From the NCBI RefSeq assembly GCF_004010195.1, contig NC_057719.1, forward strand, positions 63,760,602-63,824,601: 64,000 nucleotides of DNA. The letters are read 5' to 3'. Source of the stretch: Chiloscyllium plagiosum (Eukaryota). A model generated the notes under the pieces. It did not search any database, was not told where the DNA came from, and saw only the letters and a list, made by a program, of their open reading frames with translations. The translations under genes were made by a program, and so were the position numbers. Below are positions 52,241 through 64,000 of this stretch, piece by piece (position 1 is the stretch's first letter; each line of letters begins with the position of its first letter).

Positions 52241-54037
52241 GTGACCGGAATGAGACCTGTGCTTAATGCATCCAGAGGAGCATATGGTAGGTGATTATCA
52301 GTGTGAGTGTGGAAGATGTATCCAAGAATATTAATGCAATGACTAGTAAGACATTAAGAGGTCTGTCCTATGTCGCACAAATGTGACTTCCGTCTAGCAG
52401 AGTAACTTTTAGGCCATATATGCTGCTGTTCCTCTTCATATCGTGCCTAACTTAAGCTGTAAATTTCTTGCAATATCAGTGCATATAACTGTTAGGCATA
52501 TCCTATTCAGTCTCCTGAATACAGTATATACAAATCTAAAATTAAATTCAACAAACTAATGTGGGGGATGGGGGCAAGGGGAATTATCAGCAAAAGTATT
52601 TTGGGATTTGGACTTTTATCAGACACTTGCATAGCATGCTGTTGTATTCACTCAATATTCTAATGTCAGTATTGCATTGCATTTAATAGGATAGCCAGGA
52701 ATTAGCTGCATAATAAATGGTGTCTGATAATCAAATGACCTCAAAAGAAGCATTATAGTTTTTCTCAATTCACAAAATTAATGTTTGTGATGCACCAACA
52801 CAAGATGCACAAAAGGTGTTTTTTGCTGTAATTTCTAGCAGACATGCTAAATGAATTTATAGTGCAGATATCTTGATTGATGTTCTTGGCAGTTGAGGTT
52901 AAGTATATTGGACGTGATTATTCTCTACTCAGTAACTGACCTTTTGAAAATTAAGCCTGTTTATTATATTAATAGTTTATAGAACAAAGATGGCTTGGGC
53001 ACCTTGTTATGATATCTAAATAGGATGTCAGTCATCTGCTGGATTTGTGGCTTGACCTAATTGTAATGCAGAGGCCATGAATGTAGCTTCCCACAAACAG
53101 CAAACTTCATATGAATCTGGATTGCATAATTTCCTCACATGAATCAATGTTTCTGCTTGCGGCTTAGAGTTTAAAGAGAACTTGAGGATGGGGGAAGTGG
53201 GGACATTTTAACCAAACAAGATGGCTATTTCTTTCTCTGCGTGGGTGGTTGATTAAAAGAGCTGACACTGACAGCATATCAGGAAGCCAGCTGTAACCCT
53301 CCAATTCCTTGTAAATATAGTATATTTGCCTGTTTACAAAATCTTCTTGGGAGAGGCATGTTGCCAAGTTAAATACGTTAAGGAGTAGTTAATAGTTGTT
53401 TTATCTGGGGTTTAACACTAGGTTTCTCTGGCTTCTTGAAACTTGCAAGACAAAGTGTCTGGATATTGAAAGGGCTGAACAAATGACGTAAAACATCCTT
53501 TAGGTGTTCAAACCTCACACCTACTTCATTGTCTATTCTGCCATTTCAGAGTTCATTGTTATGCCATTTGAGGTCAGTTCTCCTGCTCAGAGCTTAAAGA
53601 GTCTGAATCTACAGTTTTCATCTGTCAAACATTGACCCAGCATGGGCACCACTTATCCAGCTTTACCTTGGACCTCAAGCCAAAACGAAGATGAACTTCA
53701 GCAAGAACAGCATATTCCAATGTACTGCTCCACGAGAGAGATGATGAGGATGCCTTTCCTTCGTTCTCTCTGAATCAAAATCCTGGAACTCCGTCCCGAA
53801 TAACATCGTTCATCTACCTACATCAAATAGACTGCATCAGATCAAGAAGGCAAAAGCACAGCTGTAGGGCAACCAGGGATGGGCAATAAATGCTGACCCA
53901 GTCCGTGAAGCCCACATTCCATAAATGAATGTTTTAGAACCTAATACCCCCAACCCTGGGATTATAGGCAAAGGATTAGCTACCACAGCTTATCTGTACG
54001 TCAGTATCTCAACACCCAACAATATAACATCACTTTT

Positions 54038-54390
54038 GAGGTGGCACAGTGACTTAGTGATTAGCACTGCTGTCTCACAGCACTAGAGACCCAGATTTGA
54101 CTCCAATCTTGGCAACTGCCTGTGTGGAGTTTCACATTCTTCCCGTGTCTGCATGGGTTTCCTCTGGGTGTTCCAGTTCCTCCCCACACTCTAAAGATGT
54201 TAGGTAGGTTGGCCATGTTAAATTGCCTATTGTGTTCAGGGATGTGTAAGTTATACGGATTAGCCATGGGAAATGCAGCATTACAGGGATAGGCTGTGGG
54301 GTGTGGGGGGTGGGGGGGTCTGCTTTTCGGAGGTTCGGCATGGATTCGATGGGCCAAATGGCCTGCTTCCACACTCTAAGGATTCCATAA
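54038..54390 (+). mobile_element. HE1-type V-SINE variant
   Basis: gtggcacagtgacttagtgattagcactgctgtctcacag..tgtgtggagtttcacattcttcccgtgtctg..gggccaaatggcctgcttccacact. Confidence 0.88.
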
Positions 54391-54399
54391 TTCTCTGAA

Positions 54400-54765
54400 T
54401 TGGAAAGCTGACATTTCCAACCTCCTGAAAGAAGACATCTTGCCAAGGCAACCAAAGTCAGCACCAACCTTAATATCTTCACCTGTCATACCTTCTAGTT
54501 TTCTGCAGGACATATTTGCAGAAACTTGCAAACTGATGCCTCCAACTACATCCCATCGGTGACCAATGTCATGTTTTTCAGGGCCAGGTATTATGTGCAC
54601 TTTGCAATAATGGTACCAGTCAGAATGAGCATGTTTTACATCTTCGACTTGCCTCCCTCAGGTTCAAGGAGTCATCAACTGCACATCATGGGACAATCAA
54701 AGCAACCTCAAATTACCCTATAGTCTTCATCAATCACAAAGCCTTCCACTCCATCATTGTACACT
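54400..54765 (+). mobile_element. PIF/Harbinger (HARBI1-like) transposase remnant
   Basis: Broken frames give VTNVMFFRARYYVHF, QVQGVINCTH (family G.IDCTH, first catalytic Asp replaced) and FINHKAFHSIIVH (family NRKG.HS.NVQ). Confidence 0.62.
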
Positions 54766-55307
54766 TTGAAAACATAATGCATGTTTGTGGAAAATTCACA
54801 CAGAGATCCTGTGATGCTTTTCTTTTTCAACCAGTACAGCTCCTGGATATCAACGGTAGATAGGTTCTTCATAAACAAATGGTGTGAAAGATTGTTGGAG
54901 TTAGATGGGAATGTAGATTCAGAACATCAGCATAATTTTACTCAAGTGTGGTGCAGGCTAAAGTGGCTTACTCCTGCTCCTATTTCTATCTCTAAAGCAG
55001 AGTTAATGGCTGGCACATTGGAGTCAAGAGCATGAAATGATGACCATAAACAAGGAAATGAAATCCATCTGACCATGAGAGCTATCATTTAGCAAGTTAT
55101 TGAAATGCTGAAGATGTGATTTAGGTGCCTTGACAGATCTAATGATATCCTTGTGCATGCAAGAACTGAATTATCAAGAATAATGGTAAAATGCTACATT
55201 TGGAGAGATGTCTGTGTACATGAGTGGTTGCTTGGTGTAAGGCGTGATATACTAGAATTGGCTTGGGAAGGTAGAGTGAGGGGTTTGAGTCAAACATCAT
55301 AAAGGGA

Positions 55308-55610
55308 GGCGATAACCTAATGGTATTTTTGCTAAACTATTAATCCAGAGTGCCAGATAATGCTCTGGGAATCCGGGTTTGATTCCTGCCATAGTAAATG
55401 GTGAAATTTGAATTCATTTGCAAAAAAACTGGAATTAACAGTTGATTGTCAAGAAAAACCCATCTGGCTCAGTAATGTCACCCTCCAGGTTTGGCCTGTA
55501 TGAGACTCCAGACCCACAGTGATGTGGTTGACTAGTAAACTGTTCTCTCGATAATTAAGTATGGGTATAAATGCTGGCCTAGCCCACATGCTGTGAATGA
55601 ATATTTAAAA
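55308..55610 (+). mobile_element. tRNA-derived SINE (second shark family), degraded
   Basis: ggcgataacctaatggtatt..taatccagag..ccgggtttgattcctgccatag..ctccagacccacagtgatgtggttgact..ataaatgctggcctagc. Confidence 0.72.
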
Positions 55611-56580
55611 TATGAATGAGATATTTTACTAATGTTCCTGAACTCATTGGCCACGACATTGCTGCTGCTGCTAACTTCCTCTGTAACATGCAGCCCCCAA
55701 AAAGGCCGGGGAAGTGGACATGAGAAATGTCAAATCAGCCATGATCCTCGTGAATAGCTGAGCTGGCTCAAGGTGCCAAATGGCCTATCCCTGTTCTTAT
55801 TTCTTATGGTCTTACTGCTTTCGTGTTCTCCAAGCCTGGCTTCTTCCTACCATCACCAGAGAAGGGATTCTCCCTCTGGTCCTTATAGAGCAGCAGCATC
55901 AGTTCTTGACAAATTAAAGTGTGACCTTGTAGGTTGGGACTCTACCAGTGCAATTTTCTTTCTCTGTTCATCTATCTGCATATTACTGCAACATTGATCT
56001 TGACAAGAACCCTTTAAATACTATTGCTGACATGGAGACATGCAGTTGTTATCACAGCTGTTCATTCTAATTTGTTATGATACCCAGAAGTCAAATTCCA
56101 TGACAATGCCTGGCTGATAAAGTTACTGATAAATGCAGTGCTGTGGCTTTCTGGCTTCCCAACGTGTTAATGGACTCCCCAAATGCCAGTGCATTGCTAA
56201 GTTAAAACTGCCCCTTGGTCCTAATTATCTAAATTCTCTTAATCATTCTAGAGATTAAAATTTTGAAGGAAGGGAAAACGGATTTCCCATAAAATTGTTG
56301 AATATTATACCAAGGTGCACTTGCGGAAAGTTACATTTTTTTCAGTCATCTTGAATTTATTTAATGTGCTCAATATCTTGAATTTGGCAGACTGTATCTC
56401 TTATTCTTCGAGCTTTTGGTGCAAGTTGGCATTGAGTATTGAATAGATCAGTCAGATCCATTAGTGTCACATTTAGAATAGATCAGGCATGCTGATTTTT
56501 CGAATAAAGTTTTAAGATGAATTGCTATACCAGTTGATGAGTCACTAAATATAGATCATGAAGCAGGCATAAGGATTTTA

Positions 56581-56820
56581 GAAAGAAAGACTTGCATTTA
56601 AATATTGCTGTTCAGAACTACTGGATGTCTCAAAACATCTCACAGACAATGATGCAGTTTTTGAATCTTTATAATGCAGGAGATGCAACATCACAATTGT
56701 GCTCAAATTGCAATGGGATAAACACCAGCTAATCTCTTTGTTTTGATATTGATGAACAAGTAAATATTGGTCAGGGCACTAGGGATAACTTCTCTGCTCT
56801 TATTCAGATTAGTGTCATGT
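56581..56820 (-). mobile_element. Deu-domain SINE 3' half, degraded
   Basis: gaaagaaagacttgcatttaaat..ggatgtctcaaaac...aaatattggtcagggcactagggataacttctctgctctt is the reverse complement of a DeuSINE core and tail. Confidence 0.6.
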
Positions 56821-57544
56821 ATACTGTCCTCAAACTTACTTCCTTGAATTGAGTGCTCGCGTTCAATAAAATGAAGTTAGTTTTGAAATTGGTTTTGTAT
56901 GTTAAAATCCAGTTGCTATCATAAATCATTATTAGCCAACATTACAAGCTTGCGACATCAATATAAACAGCATCATTATTCCTGTTTGAGTAAATTTATC
57001 AATAAAAAAATATTTTAGTGTGATTTTTAAATTAAGGATTTTAGCTGTTCTGTGAAAATTCTCCTTTGCGTCCCTGCATGAAATTGGTGATCATTCAGCT
57101 GGAAGCAAATCAGGAGAACAGTAAAGATCTACAATGGTGGAAGTAATTATGATGAGACGATTTGAAAAAATGTCTTTTATAATAAAGTAATGTTTTTTAT
57201 ACTTTGAAATACTTCCCAATTATCTTGAACAGCATCTAATAAACAAAGTAGATGTCATAAATACTTTGCCTAGAATTTTACTTACAATTATCATCCACCC
57301 AGAATAAATTTGCTGCTGTTAGCATTGTAAGGTGCATCTGGCTAGAGTCTATTATTAAAGAAGAATGGCAGGACATTTAGAAAAGCTGAACACAATCAGA
57401 GTTATGATTGTCCCATAAGAGGAAACATCCTCTCCACATCCACCCTATCAAGACTCCTCAGGATTTTTGATGTTTCAATCAAGTCATCTCTTACTTTTCT
57501 AAATTTCACCAGATATAAGTTTAGCCTGTACATCTACAGAATTC

Positions 57545-59020
57545 CTAGCCTCTGAGCTGCCCTGGTAGTGACAGTATGTACATGGCTAGACTTGTTCAGT
57601 TTCTGGTCTTTGGTAACTCACAAGACCTCCATAGTATGAGTTTAGCAATCAGTATCATTAAACAACAAAGAGTGATGATTAGATTTTCTCTTGTTGAAGT
57701 TGGTCATTGTCTGGGACTTGGGTGACGCAAAAGTCACTTGTTACTAATCAACCAAGCCTTGATGTTCAGGTTTTTCTGCATATTATCAATGACTGCTTCA
57801 ATATCTGATGAGTCATAACGGTGCAGAACATTATGCAATCACCAACGAACATTCCTCCATTAAAGAAGCAGTTGAAGATGGTTGGGTCTAGGACATTGCT
57901 CTGTGGAATTCATGCAGAGATGTCCCCAAGCTGAAATGACTGACCTCCAACAAACACACCCATCTTCCTTTGTGCTAAATATGACTTTAACCAGCAGAGA
58001 GTTTTCCCTCTGATTCCCATTGATTCCAGTTTTTGCTAGTGTTTTTGATGCCATACAATTCTGCTATAATGGCAAGGGCAGTCACTCTCACCTCACCTCT
58101 GGAAGTCAACTTTGTTTGTCCATCTTTGGACAAAGGTTGTAATGAGATCAAGAGCTGAGAAACCATGGCAATACCCAAACTGAGCATCAGCGAATGTCAT
58201 TTCAGAACAGGTGCTGCCCCTTCTGTCACTTTGCTGATCATGGGAATAGATTGATACACCAATAATTGTACAGGTTTATTTGTTCTGCCTTTTTGTGTAC
58301 AGGACATACCTGAGCATCTTCCCACATTGCTGGGTAAATACTAGTATTGTAACTGTACTGAAATAGTATGGCTAGTGTTGTGGCTGACTCAAAGGCATAT
58401 TATTGCCAGACTGCTATTAGGGCCCATAGCCTTTACAGTATCCAATGCATTCAACTATTTCTTGATGTCACATGGAATAAATTGAATTGGCTAAAGATTG
58501 GTATCTGTGATGCTGGGTCCCTTTGGAGGAGGCCAGGATAGATCATCCACTTGGCACTTCTGGCTGAAGATGGATGCAAATGTTTCAACCTTGTCTTTTG
58601 CACTGATCTTCTGGGGTCCCTCATTATTGCAGGTGAGGATATTTGTGGAGTCTCCTCTTCCAAAGATTTGTTTAATTCTCTGCTAGCACTGGAACTGGAT
58701 GTGGCAGGAACTGTAGAGCTTTGATTTAATCTATTTTTTGCAAGCTGCTTCCACCATTTGGCATGCAAGTCATCCTGTTTTGTAGCTTCACCAGATTGGC
58801 ACCTCATTTTTAGGCATTTTAGATGCTGCACCAGGCATGATCTCCTGTACTCTTCATTGGACCAGGGTTGATCTGCTGGCTTGATGGTAATGGTAGAGTT
58901 GGAGGTAAACTGGGTCATGATCATGTTTGAGTACAGTTCTGTTGCTGATGATGACCTGTCATGCTTCATGGATGTTCAGTTTTGAATTACAATATCTGTG
59001 TGAAGTCAATCCCATTCAGC
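57545..59020 (-). mobile_element. Degraded LINE ORF2 fragment (second CR1-group family)
   Basis: ORF 58451..58969 TITIKPADQPWSNEEYRR.C..QH...LKMR (PW motif of the endonuclease-RT linker) plus downstream RT-like fragments; appears to resume at ~60280-60480. Confidence 0.72.
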
Positions 59021-59074
59021 ATGGTGTCGTTTCACTTTGATTTTTGATTTTTTTGCTATCATTTATTATTGCCG

Positions 59075-60230
59075 CATATACCAAGATACAATGAAAAGTA
59101 TTGTATTGCGTGACAAATCATTCCTTATATAAGTGCATAAGGGTAATATGAAAGGGTAATATAGTGGAGTGCGGAATATAGAGTTAAAGCTGCAGAGAAG
59201 GTGCAGAGAAAGATCAACTCTCATCTATGAGAGATCTTTCATAAGTCTGATAACAGCAGGGAAGTGGCTATTCTTAATCTCTTTAAAATTCTCATATCTT
59301 GTGCCCGAAAGGAGAATAGAGGGGTGGGAGGGGTCTTTGATTATGTTAGCTGCCATGATGTCAAGGGCAGTCACTCTCACCTAACCTCTGGAGGTCAACT
59401 TTGTTTGTCCATCTTTGGACAAAGGTTATAATGAGGTCAAGAGCTGAGCAACCCTGGCAATACCCAAACTGAGCATCATTTCTGAACAAGGGTGGGAGGG
59501 ATCTTTGATTATATTAAATGCTTTCCTAAGGCAGTGGCAAATGTATAAAGCTGCTTTTCGTGATGGACTGGGCAACTCTCTGTGATTTCTTGTGGTCATG
59601 GGCAGAGCAGGCACCATATTAAGTTGTGATGAATTCAAATGGGATGCTTTCTGTGGACCATCTATAAAAATTGGTTAGAGTCTTTGTGGATACGCCAAAT
59701 TTTCTTAGCTTTCTGAGTGCTTTCTTGACTGTAGCGTTGACATGGATAGACAGTTTATTGGTGATATTTACTCCTAGTAACTTGAAGCTCTCGACTACCT
59801 CCTCCTCAGCATCATTGATACAAACAGGTGCATGTCCTCCACTCCGTTTCCTGAAGTTGTTGATCAGCTCCTTCATTTTGACATTGAGGGAGAGATTGTG
59901 TTGCCTTTACACCCTGCCACTAAGCTAGTTCCTTTCTGTCCACAGATGCTGCTAGATCTGCTCAGATTTTCCAGCAATTTCTGTTTTTGTTTCTGATTTA
60001 CAGTTCTTTCGGTTTTTATTTCCTTCCTGTATCTGTCTTGTCATTGTTTGAGATACAACCACTGGTGTCATCAGCAAATCTATAAATGGGATTAGAGCTG
60101 AATTTGGCCACACAGACATGAATCTATAAGGAGCATAGTAAGAAGCTGAGCATGTAGCCTTGTGGGGTACCGTTGTGGAGGATTATTGTAGAATGGGTGT
60201 TGTTGCCTATCCTTACTGATTGGGGCCTGC
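59075..60230 (-). mobile_element. Rex1/Babar-clade LINE 3' part, with inserted fragments
   Basis: ORF 59619..59876 KELINNFRKR..HAPVCIN....EVVESFKLLGVNI...LRKLRKFG.S.KTLTNFYR...ESI and 60124..60327 RPQSVRIGNN..STI.L..G.PQG..LS.LL.SL are Rex1-type motifs. Confidence 0.85.
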
Positions 60231-60682
60231 GAGTCTTAACATGATAGAAGATATCTTCAGTATGACAAAGCGATGACTTCTTCACAAGTACTGTGCAATT
60301 GTCACTTCTATCAACACGGTCTTGCATGTTTATCAGATAAATTGGTGAGGTCAGGTAGATTTTCCCTCCTTCTTGGTTACCTCACCCCCTGCTGCAAATC
60401 CTGGCTAATAGTTGCATCCTTTACAACTGAACCAGCCTCATCACTACTGGTGCTACCAAGCCACTGTTGATGATGGACTTTGCAGTACCCCAGTGAGGGG
60501 TGGTAAATAGTATCCAGGAGAATGCCATGATCTGATGCCATGAGAGCTAATGAGTCATTTCAGAGGGCATTTTGGAGTTATCCATATTGCTGGAGGTCTG
60601 GAATCACATGTAGGCCTAAAGGATGTTTATGAATAAGTTTTTACAATAACCAGTAATGACTATATGGACATTACTCAGGCAC

Positions 60683-60933
60683 CTGTCTGTGTGGAGTTTG
60701 CACATTCTCCCCGTGTCAGCGTGGGTTTCCTCCGGGTGCTCCGGTTTCCTCCCACAGTCCAAAAATGTGCAGGTTAGGTGAATTGGCCATGCTAAATTGC
60801 CCATAGTGTTAGGTGAACGGGTAAATGTAGGGGATTGGGTCTGGGTGGGTTGCTTTTCAGAGGGTCGGTGTGGACTTGTTGGGCCGAAGGGCCTGTTTCC
60901 ACACTGTAAATAATCTAAATCTAAATCTAAATC
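60683..60933 (+). mobile_element. 5'-truncated HE1-type V-SINE
   Basis: ctgtctgtgtggagtttgcacattctccccgtgtc...gggccgaagggcctgtttccacactg, tail (aaatct)3. Confidence 0.92.
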
Positions 60934-61489
60934 AGACTAGCTTTGAATTCCATATTTTATTGATTTAATATTTCACCATCCGCCATGGTGGGATTGGAAC
61001 TAGAAGTTTAGCCTCGGCCTCTAGATTACTGATCCACTGACCTTACAACAACACCACTGCCCTCTCTGTATCATGCCACTGCCACCTGTGATCTTTGATC
61101 CATAAACATCTTTACTAGCTTTCAATGCCTTTTCATGTAATTTTAAAAGGTTTTGAAACATTTCACAGGGTGTGTCATCTCCTGGATAAAGTGACAAATT
61201 GAGGAGGACAAACTCACTTAGATAAAAGTGGATATTTCTTCCAGGCACTCCTGACTAATGTATTTGAATCACCTCTTCATTGAAAGTTAATTCTGAAAGC
61301 ATTCATAAATGTGGTGGTAGCAGTTCAGAAATTTTGAGATTAGCCAGAGCATTTTATGGACAACAACTGTCACAGTCTGTTGTTGAAAGGAAAGCAAATG
61401 ATTTTACAAATGAAAGAAACAAGTATGAATTTAAACGTATGCCCTGCATTATTACTGTCATGTATTTGAGTCACATCCTTGTTGTATAG

Positions 61490-62074
61490 TAATGGTGCCT
61501 CGGAATCTGACTTTAATTCGTTCCAGGAGGCTGTTTGGATTCGAAAAGTTCGGATTCCGAAAGTATTTTCCCCATAAGAAATAATGGAAAGTGAATTAAT
61601 CAGTTTCTGGACCCAAAAAAAAATTTTCAAGACACTTTTAACTGCAAATACACATGGTTAAGGTAAAATAAGATGAGTAAATGACTTAAATATCAAATAA
61701 TAATAATAAAAGCAAGAAATAAATGTACTAACATGAAAATAACTTCATTTACCTTAGTGAGGAGTGCTAATGGTGAATGCAATTATTTGCTTCACTGCTC
61801 TTCCTGGGTGCCATGGTGAATGCACAAGGGTGATAATTTTAAAAAACAGCACAAATCAAGGTGAAAACATGAGTTAACTCGTGATGGACACACGAGAGAA
61901 TCTTTCACGACTACTTCCCGGGACGAACTGAACAAACAATGTGCGACCTGAATGGTACATGGTGTTCGGATTCTGAAAATGTGTTTGGATTTTAGGGCAA
62001 AATTTTCTCGAAATAATTGTTTGGATTCCAAGTTGTTTGAACAATAGGGCATTCGGATTCCGGGATCACCACTG
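61490..62074. mobile_element. pogo/Tigger-like non-autonomous DNA transposon (~585 bp)
   Basis: Imperfect TIRs taatggtgcctcggaatctgac and ttcggattccgggatcaccactg, with repeated subterminal ttcggattc/tttggattc motifs at both ends. Confidence 0.72.
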
Positions 62075-62759
62075 GATATGAAAAACAGTCAAGATCATAT
62101 GGGGTGGGCATAATCAGAAAATCGAGAATGTTTCAACTTTAATTCCAATCTGGGATTAATTTTACTAGGTTTAATTGTGCTGGTTTACATGTAATTGTCT
62201 CAAATTTTGTAAGCAATTAGCAGTTTTTGAATCAAAGTTACATATGCACATCATGATGCATTCTGCTTATTTACAAAACACATCAATATTTGCATTCATA
62301 TGTCCATACGCACTAAATGTGGTGGGGATTGTGTATCTAGAGTTTTGCATTTTGAAGGCAACATGTCCTTACAAATGAGTTAAACAAAGTTTGAAATTGT
62401 CTGTATTGATTTATGATCAAAGGGTCTTGAGGTGGATCTCAGCACCAAACATTTATTTTTGTCAAAATGTTCCACTTTGGGTACTTTCTATTGATGGTTA
62501 ATAAACACAATCAGCTGTTTTCTTCTTGACTGTCACCAACAGATATTCCTTCAACATGAATATATTTTATGGTTCCTGTTTCAGTTTCGCATTATATATT
62601 TTAACTTGCCCATCTACTTAATTTTTACAGACTTTTATAATTTTAATATTACTGAATGACAGAGAAACAATCTTCAGCTGAGTAAAATTCAGAGCTTTTT
62701 ATTAACTGGTGACGATGATTAGTTGAATACTTTGATGTGCTTCTGTAACCCAGCAGTAA

Positions 62760-63017
<258 letters not shown>

Positions 63018-63194
63018 TAGACTAATTGTAAGTATGTGTGTTTCGAACTACAGAACACAAGAATCTTTTCTAACTAAAGTGATCAGTTAAAATCTCAGCC
63101 TGCATAATGATATAAAAGCAAAATACTGCAGATGCTGGAGATCTAAAATAAATGCAGAAAGTGCTGGATAAATGCAGGTCCAGTAGCATTTCTT

Positions 63195-64000
63195 TGATTT
63201 ATTGTCACTTGTACCAAACTACAGTGAAAAGCTTTGTTTAGGAGCAGTATAGGCAGATGATAGTAAGCAAGAATGGACAGATCAGAGGTTGTAGAAAAAC
63301 TTAGACAGAGGCATACAGGTTACATTGCACAGGGCATGTGCTTGGGGAGATCAACATTACCAAGATCAGAAAATTATTTGAGGCCAGAGTATCCATTCAT
63401 CAGTCTAATAATGGCTGGGAAGAAGCTGTCCCTGAAACTGCTGGTGCATGTGTTCAGGCTTCTGTATCTTCTGTCCGATGGAAGAAGTTGCAGGAGATGA
63501 TTACTAGGGTGAATGGATCTTTGATGATGTTGGCAGCCTTTCCGCAGTAGTGAGCCATGCAAATAGAGTCCACGGATGGAAGGTTAGCTTCTGTGATGGT
63601 CTGGGCTGTGCACATCACCTTCTATAGTTTCTTACGGTCCTGGGCAGAGCAGTTGTCATACCAGGCCGTTATTCACCCAGACAGTATGCTCCCAGTGGCG
63701 CACCTGTAGAAGTTGGTGTGGGCCCTTACAGACATGCCAAATTCCCTGAGCCACCTGAGGAAAGAAGGCGCTGTTGTGCATTCTTGACCGTTTTGTTGGT
63801 TACCATCACTCCAAGGAACTTAACGCTCTCCACTCTTTTAACCTCAGTTCCATTGATATAGATGAGGGTGTGTTCTTCTTTCTCTCTGAAGTCAATGATA
63901 AGTTCTTTAGTTCTGCTGACGTTGAGAGAGGGGTTGCCCTTATTACACTATGTCACCAAGCCCTCTATCTCCCTTCTGTTTTTTGATTCATTGTTGTTAG
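63195..64000 (-). mobile_element. Rex1/Babar-clade LINE 3' part, running off the window end
   Basis: ORF 63374..63562 HPSNHLLQLLPSDRRYRSLNTCTSSFRDSFFPAIIRLMN is the typical Rex1 C-terminus (LPSGRRYRS...T.R.R.SFFP.AIR.LN). Confidence 0.88.

Overview
Vertebrate genomic DNA, almost certainly from a cartilaginous fish (shark), inferred from HE1-type V-SINEs, HER1/CR1 LINEs and Deu-domain SINE remnants. The window lies inside the gephyrin gene (GPHN, + strand). Six coding exons with canonical AG/GT boundaries (27497-27634, 46133-46225, 46327-46382, 47222-47341, 48040-48098, 62831-62984; 620 nt, phases consistent) encode the end of the linker and the N-terminal half of the MoeA-like E domain, (S)HSAVDISK...VAVMSTGNE. 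The rest is intron filled with decayed mobile DNA: CR1, L2, Rex1/Babar and Penelope-like retroelements (several with hammerhead-ribozyme core motifs), several SINE families, a solo LTR, a Gypsy gag remnant, pogo/Tigger-like MITEs, a Harbinger transposase remnant and a 5S rRNA pseudogene. Almost all ORFs in the supplied track are TE remnants or noise. I found no convincing new multi-gene system. The best leads are a candidate in-frame 39-nt gephyrin cassette exon (31536-31574), a solo LTR ending 27 nt upstream of a constitutive exon, sense-strand hammerhead motifs in the pre-mRNA, and several locally templated duplications. All family assignments are by eye from recalled consensus sequences, not database searches; TE boundaries are approximate.
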